From IMG/VR virus record IMGVR_UViG_2778261499_000008, positions 1 through 38,191 of that record: a stretch of DNA of 38,191 bases, one strand, 5' to 3'. A program made the translations under genes and the position numbers. The notes below the pieces were generated by a model. It saw nothing but the letters and a program-made list of their open reading frames with translations, was not told the DNA's origin and did not search any database. The stretch is from a virus (Duplodnaviria; Heunggongvirae; Uroviricota; Caudoviricetes). The stretch's first letter is position 1, and the number at the start of each line of letters is the position of its first letter. Shown here in pieces: positions 35,166 through 38,191 of the stretch.

Positions 35166-35468
35166 TCAGCTCCTTTTATCGTTAAGTTTTCTGGATACAT
35201 CAGCGCAATAACTGGCAAGTTCTGTCGTTAATTTTGTCAGTTCATCCACTGAGGAAATTTGCTTGTGGAATACAGCGCGTTTAACAAGTAAATTGACCAC
35301 ATCAGACAGGAGGTTTAATTCATTCTGATAAATTGCGATAACAGATTCAGTTATGTCGCGTTTTTCTTTATCAAGGCAAAGTTGAATAAGAGACAAATCG
35401 CCATTTTTCATAACGGCGATTTTTAAGGCGTTATTCAGTAATACAACAGAATGAGAACAGGACATCAA
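35166..35468 (-). CDS. P2 orf81-like hypothetical protein
   Basis: 100 aa, in the early operon between B and A. Confidence 0.55.
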   Translation of the reverse strand: MMSCSHSVVLLNNALKIAVMKNGDLSLIQLCLDKEKRDITESVIAIYQNELNLLSDVVNLLVKRAVFHKQISSVDELTKLTTELASYCADVSRKLNDKRS

Positions 35469-35689
35469 AGCACCTCCCCGCGAGACAATCCGATATTGTG
35501 AAATTTTTCCGACTCCTGACTGAGCAGCTCTACTATCTCCACGCGGGATAACTCCGCCTTTGTGATGTGGCGAATCATGGCGTCAAGATGAGAAGAAAAG
35601 CGCGTCGCAGCGTCGGCCTGTGCTTCGGTTCTGGCCTGTTGCAGCAGTAATGCGTATTTACCGCACTGATTTTCAGAAACTGTATGCAT
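35465..35689 (-). CDS. P2 orf80-like hypothetical protein
   Basis: 74-aa product starting MHTVSENQ... after trimming the ORF-track extension (35722). Confidence 0.55.
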   Translation of the reverse strand: MHTVSENQCGKYALLLQQARTEAQADAATRFSSHLDAMIRHITKAELSRVEIVELLSQESEKFHNIGLSRGEVL

Positions 35690-35752
35690 GACTTTCTCCA
35701 GGCAAAAAGAAGCCCCGCACAATTAAGTGCGTTAAAAACTCTGGTTAATTAT

Positions 35753-36253
35753 TTAATGCAGATATTGCTCTGGTTTTACCGACGTCAGAATTGTCGGTGC
35801 ATACTCAAACAGGCTGAATAATTCACGTAATGCACGGAATAAAGCATCACGCCAGTAACATGACTCTTCATTAATTCGCCAGTATGGCTGGTTGAATTCT
35901 TTTTCAGTCAATCCGGCATGCATAAATAAAGTGCGACGCTGACTGACTGTTAAAAAACTAATATATGCATACTCACTTGCGCCAACCTGACGGCGTTTTG
36001 AGAATGCACCACGCAATTCATCAATTGCACAAACCAGCCGTTCACGTTCGACGTCGTTCATTTCTTCAAAACGCATCGTTGCGTGACGCTGTTTTAACTG
36101 CGCATGAAAGCAAACCGTTAGCCGTTCGCGCTCCATCATCTGATTATAATAATCACATGTCTCCTGCCAGCGAGGAACGGCAAGATGCTTACCAATTATC
36201 CGGCGCATAGCTGCTGGCTGTTTTTCAACGAGATTGAGCGTCATCACTGTCAT
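35753..36253 (-). CDS. B: Replication protein gpB (helicase-loader-like)
   Basis: 166 aa, P2 gpB length and position after cox/orf78. Confidence 0.85.
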   Translation of the reverse strand: MTVMTLNLVEKQPAAMRRIIGKHLAVPRWQETCDYYNQMMERERLTVCFHAQLKQRHATMRFEEMNDVERERLVCAIDELRGAFSKRRQVGASEYAYISFLTVSQRRTLFMHAGLTEKEFNQPYWRINEESCYWRDALFRALRELFSLFEYAPTILTSVKPEQYLH

Positions 36254-36420
36254 TTCCAGACCCTCCGGCTTTTCAGAAAGGTCAGAGCCTTTTTTAACGG
36301 ACTCTGTTTTTTGGTGCGGATAATGATTCCCTTACGCCCCTTACCGTGGGTGATGGTGAAGTCAATCGCCCTGGGGCTTTCGTTACGCAGTAACTGAGCA
36401 ATACAACGCGGTTCACTCAT
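36250..36420 (-). CDS. P2 orf78-like small protein
   Basis: 56-aa product starting MSEPRCIAQLL... after trimming the ORF-track extension; lies between cox and B. Confidence 0.5.
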   Translation of the reverse strand: MSEPRCIAQLLRNESPRAIDFTITHGKGRKGIIIRTKKQSPLKKALTFLKSRRVWK

Positions 36421-36422
36421 AA

Positions 36423-36695
36423 TCACAACCCCATCCACAAAAGCCATGCATCACGCTGTTCAACTGGTCGGTTATAAAACGCCTCTCGTACAGCGCGATT
36501 AAACTCTGGAATGAAAACCCACTTCTCACCGACACGAGCGTTCGGCTTACTTGGATCACGAAGCTCAATAACTGGCAATTTATTCTCTTTTACCATCTTG
36601 ACTACAGCCGTTTCTGGCTTACCAAGTAACTCTGCAAACTTAACCGTATGTACCGCATCAATCGGGTACTGAATCACATAGTCATTGACTTCCAT
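36423..36695 (-). CDS. cox: Cox (excisionase / early-promoter regulator)
   Basis: 90 aa; shares the P2 Cox pattern (…KLPVIELRDP…GEKWVFIPEFN…RDAWLLWMGL); first gene of the early operon, divergent from C. Confidence 0.85.
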   Translation of the reverse strand: MEVNDYVIQYPIDAVHTVKFAELLGKPETAVVKMVKENKLPVIELRDPSKPNARVGEKWVFIPEFNRAVREAFYNRPVEQRDAWLLWMGL

Positions 36696-36847
36696 TGATT
36701 AGCCCTTTTTGCTTTCGTGTTACCCTTATTAGATCCAGTCCCTTCTAGGTCGCCCCTGTCCTTTCTAGGGACTGGCTAACACACTCAAAAGGTCACCAAT
36801 ACACAACCTTTTGACGGGAATATAAGTCACCAATAGGTTACTGTCAA
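36696..36847. promoter_or_regulatory. Lysis/lysogeny switch region (expected Pe/Pc promoters and repressor operators)
   Basis: Between divergent cox and C; direct repeats TCCCTTCTAGG and TCCTTTCTAGG spaced about 20 bp, bracketed by inverted repeat CCAGTCCC ... GGGACTGG (about 36735-36775); TTGACG hexamer closer to C. Confidence 0.55.
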
Positions 36848-37141
36848 ATGCAGACATTCGAAAAACTGAAAGCGATTAGGAAAGCAGAAGGCTTAACACA
36901 GGCGAAATTCAGCGAAATTAGCGGGATAGCTCTAGGAACAGTCAAAAATTACGAAAGTGGGCATAAAGACCCTGGTCTCAGCATCGTTATGCGAGTCACA
37001 AATACGCCTTTATTTAAAAAATATACGCTCTGGTTAATGACTGGTGATACGTCACCACAAGCTGGTCAGATCGCGCCGGCTCTCGCACACATTGGGCAAA
37101 AACCAACAGAATCAGACCACTCCGAAAAACAGACTGGTTAA
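36848..37141 (+). CDS. C: Immunity repressor C
   Basis: 97 aa; HTH region and the C-terminal ...GQIAPALAHxGQ... stretch shared with P2 C. Confidence 0.85.
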   Translation: MQTFEKLKAIRKAEGLTQAKFSEISGIALGTVKNYESGHKDPGLSIVMRVTNTPLFKKYTLWLMTGDTSPQAGQIAPALAHIGQKPTESDHSEKQTG

Positions 37142-37210
37142 CACTCTATAAACATTACATTTTCACCATTTGTTACCAAGATGGTGAATACAGCGTCAGA
37201 GGGCTTTCTT

Positions 37211-38191
37211 ATGTCAATTAAGAAGCTCGATGATGGACGCTATGAAGTGGACATTAGACCTCGCGGTCGCGACGGAAAACGCATCCGCAGGAAATTTGAA
37301 AGAAAAGCTGAGGCTGTAGCATTTGAGCGATACACAATCGCCTACGCCAGCCAGAAAGAATGGGCAGGTCAGCGAGCAGATCGCAGAACTTTGAGTGAGT
37401 TGCTGGACATCTGGTGGAAATATCACGGGCAAAACCACGAGCATGGAACAAAAGAGTTTAATCATCTGCTCAAAACCATCAGCGGCATAGGTGATATACC
37501 AGTGAGCCGGATGAGCAAAAGAGCTTTGATGGATTATCGTTCCATGCGACTACGTGATGGTATCAGTGCCGCAACGATAAACCGTGACATGTACCGATTA
37601 TCCGGCATGTTCACAAAATTAATTCAATTGGATGAATTTTCCGGGCAACACCCAATTCACGGACTGCCGCCACTGGCGGAGGCCAACCCTGAAATGACGT
37701 TCCTGGAAAAAGCAGAAATCGAAAAACTGTTAAATGTTCTGGATGGTGATGACTTACTTGTCGCACTTTTATGTCTGAGCACTGGAGGAAGATGGACGGA
37801 AGTTGCCACGCTAAAACCAGCACAGATTACAAATTGCAGGGTTACCTTCCTGAAAACCAAAAACGGTAAAAAGCGAACCGTGCCGATTTCTGAGGAACTG
37901 GAGAAAAAAGTTAAAGAGGAGGCCAGCGCTAAATTATTCAAAGTTGATTATGAGAAGTTTTGCGGGATTTTACGCAGAGTGAAGCCAGATATACCACCCA
38001 ATCAGGCAACCCACATCCTGCGGCATACATTCGCAAGCCATTTCATGATGAATGGGGGCAATATAATCGCACTGCAACAGATTCTGGGACATGCGAGCAT
38101 TCAGCAGACGATGGCCTATGCGCACCTTGCGCCTGACTACCTGCAAAATGCCGTCGCGCTGAATCCTCTAAAAGGCGGAGTGACGTTATAA
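37211..38191 (+). CDS. int: Tyrosine integrase
   Basis: Product MSIKKLDDGRYEVDIRPRGRDGKRIRRKF... with C-terminal catalytic region (…HILRHTFASHF…LGHASIQQTMAYAHL…); start taken at the second ATG (GAGGG RBS), the ORF-track ATG at 37181 is an alternative; stop is the last codon of the window. Confidence 0.85.
   Translation: MSIKKLDDGRYEVDIRPRGRDGKRIRRKFERKAEAVAFERYTIAYASQKEWAGQRADRRTLSELLDIWWKYHGQNHEHGTKEFNHLLKTISGIGDIPVSRMSKRALMDYRSMRLRDGISAATINRDMYRLSGMFTKLIQLDEFSGQHPIHGLPPLAEANPEMTFLEKAEIEKLLNVLDGDDLLVALLCLSTGGRWTEVATLKPAQITNCRVTFLKTKNGKKRTVPISEELEKKVKEEASAKLFKVDYEKFCGILRRVKPDIPPNQATHILRHTFASHFMMNGGNIIALQQILGHASIQQTMAYAHLAPDYLQNAVALNPLKGGVTL

Larger units (their letters stand above)
1..38191. 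mobile_element. P2-like (Peduovirus-type) prophage, apparently complete; window runs from ogr stop to int stop
   Basis: Gene content and order match phage P2 throughout (ogr-D-U-T-E-FII-FI ... G-H-I-J-W-V-S-R-lysis-X-L-M-N-O / P-Q / cos / A-B-cox / C-int), recognised from the ORF translations. Prophage is circularly permuted relative to the virion map, as expected for integration at attP between int and ogr. Confidence 0.9.

Noticed and set aside
1-38191. tRNA, rRNA, transposase/IS elements, toxin-antitoxin pairs
   Set aside because: I found no cloverleaf-like conserved tRNA features, no rRNA-like sequence, and none of the ORF translations resembles a transposase; cannot be completely excluded without tRNAscan or HMM searches.

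Overview
This window is essentially one complete P2-like (Peduovirus-type) prophage, read from the stop of ogr (position 1) to the stop of int (38191). The att sites lie outside the window. Identification rests on recognising P2 proteins in the supplied ORF translations and on P2 gene order; no database search was run. Late genes lie on the minus strand in P2 order: ogr, D, U, T, E/E', FII, FI, then G, H, I, J, W, V, S, R, the lysis cassette (lysC/lysB/lysA/K/Y), X, L, M, N, O. P and Q are divergent on the plus strand, followed by a terminator and a cos-like site at about 28985-29003. The early region follows: A, orf83/82/81/80-like, B, orf78-like, cox (minus), then C and int (plus). Three regions depart from the P2 backbone. 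(1) At the old/tin position between cos and A, old and tin are absent; instead there is an AT-rich convergent pair: a 652-aa protein with an N-terminal GHKL ATPase signature and a C-terminal D...ExK nuclease-like motif, and a Dcm-type C5 cytosine methyltransferase with its own palindromic promoter region. This is the best candidate for an uncharacterised restriction/defence module. (2) At the Z/fun position between G and FI there is about 7 kb of non-phage cargo: MFS transporter, ChaC-like protein, LysR regulator, a membrane protein, and a BetT-like BCCT transporter. (3) Between V and S there is a very AT-rich, oppositely oriented 261-aa membrane-protein moron with its own RBS and terminator. 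Coordinates of non-ORF features were read by eye and may be off by 1-2 nt; several CDS starts are trimmed from the ORF track to internal starts that match P2 protein lengths.
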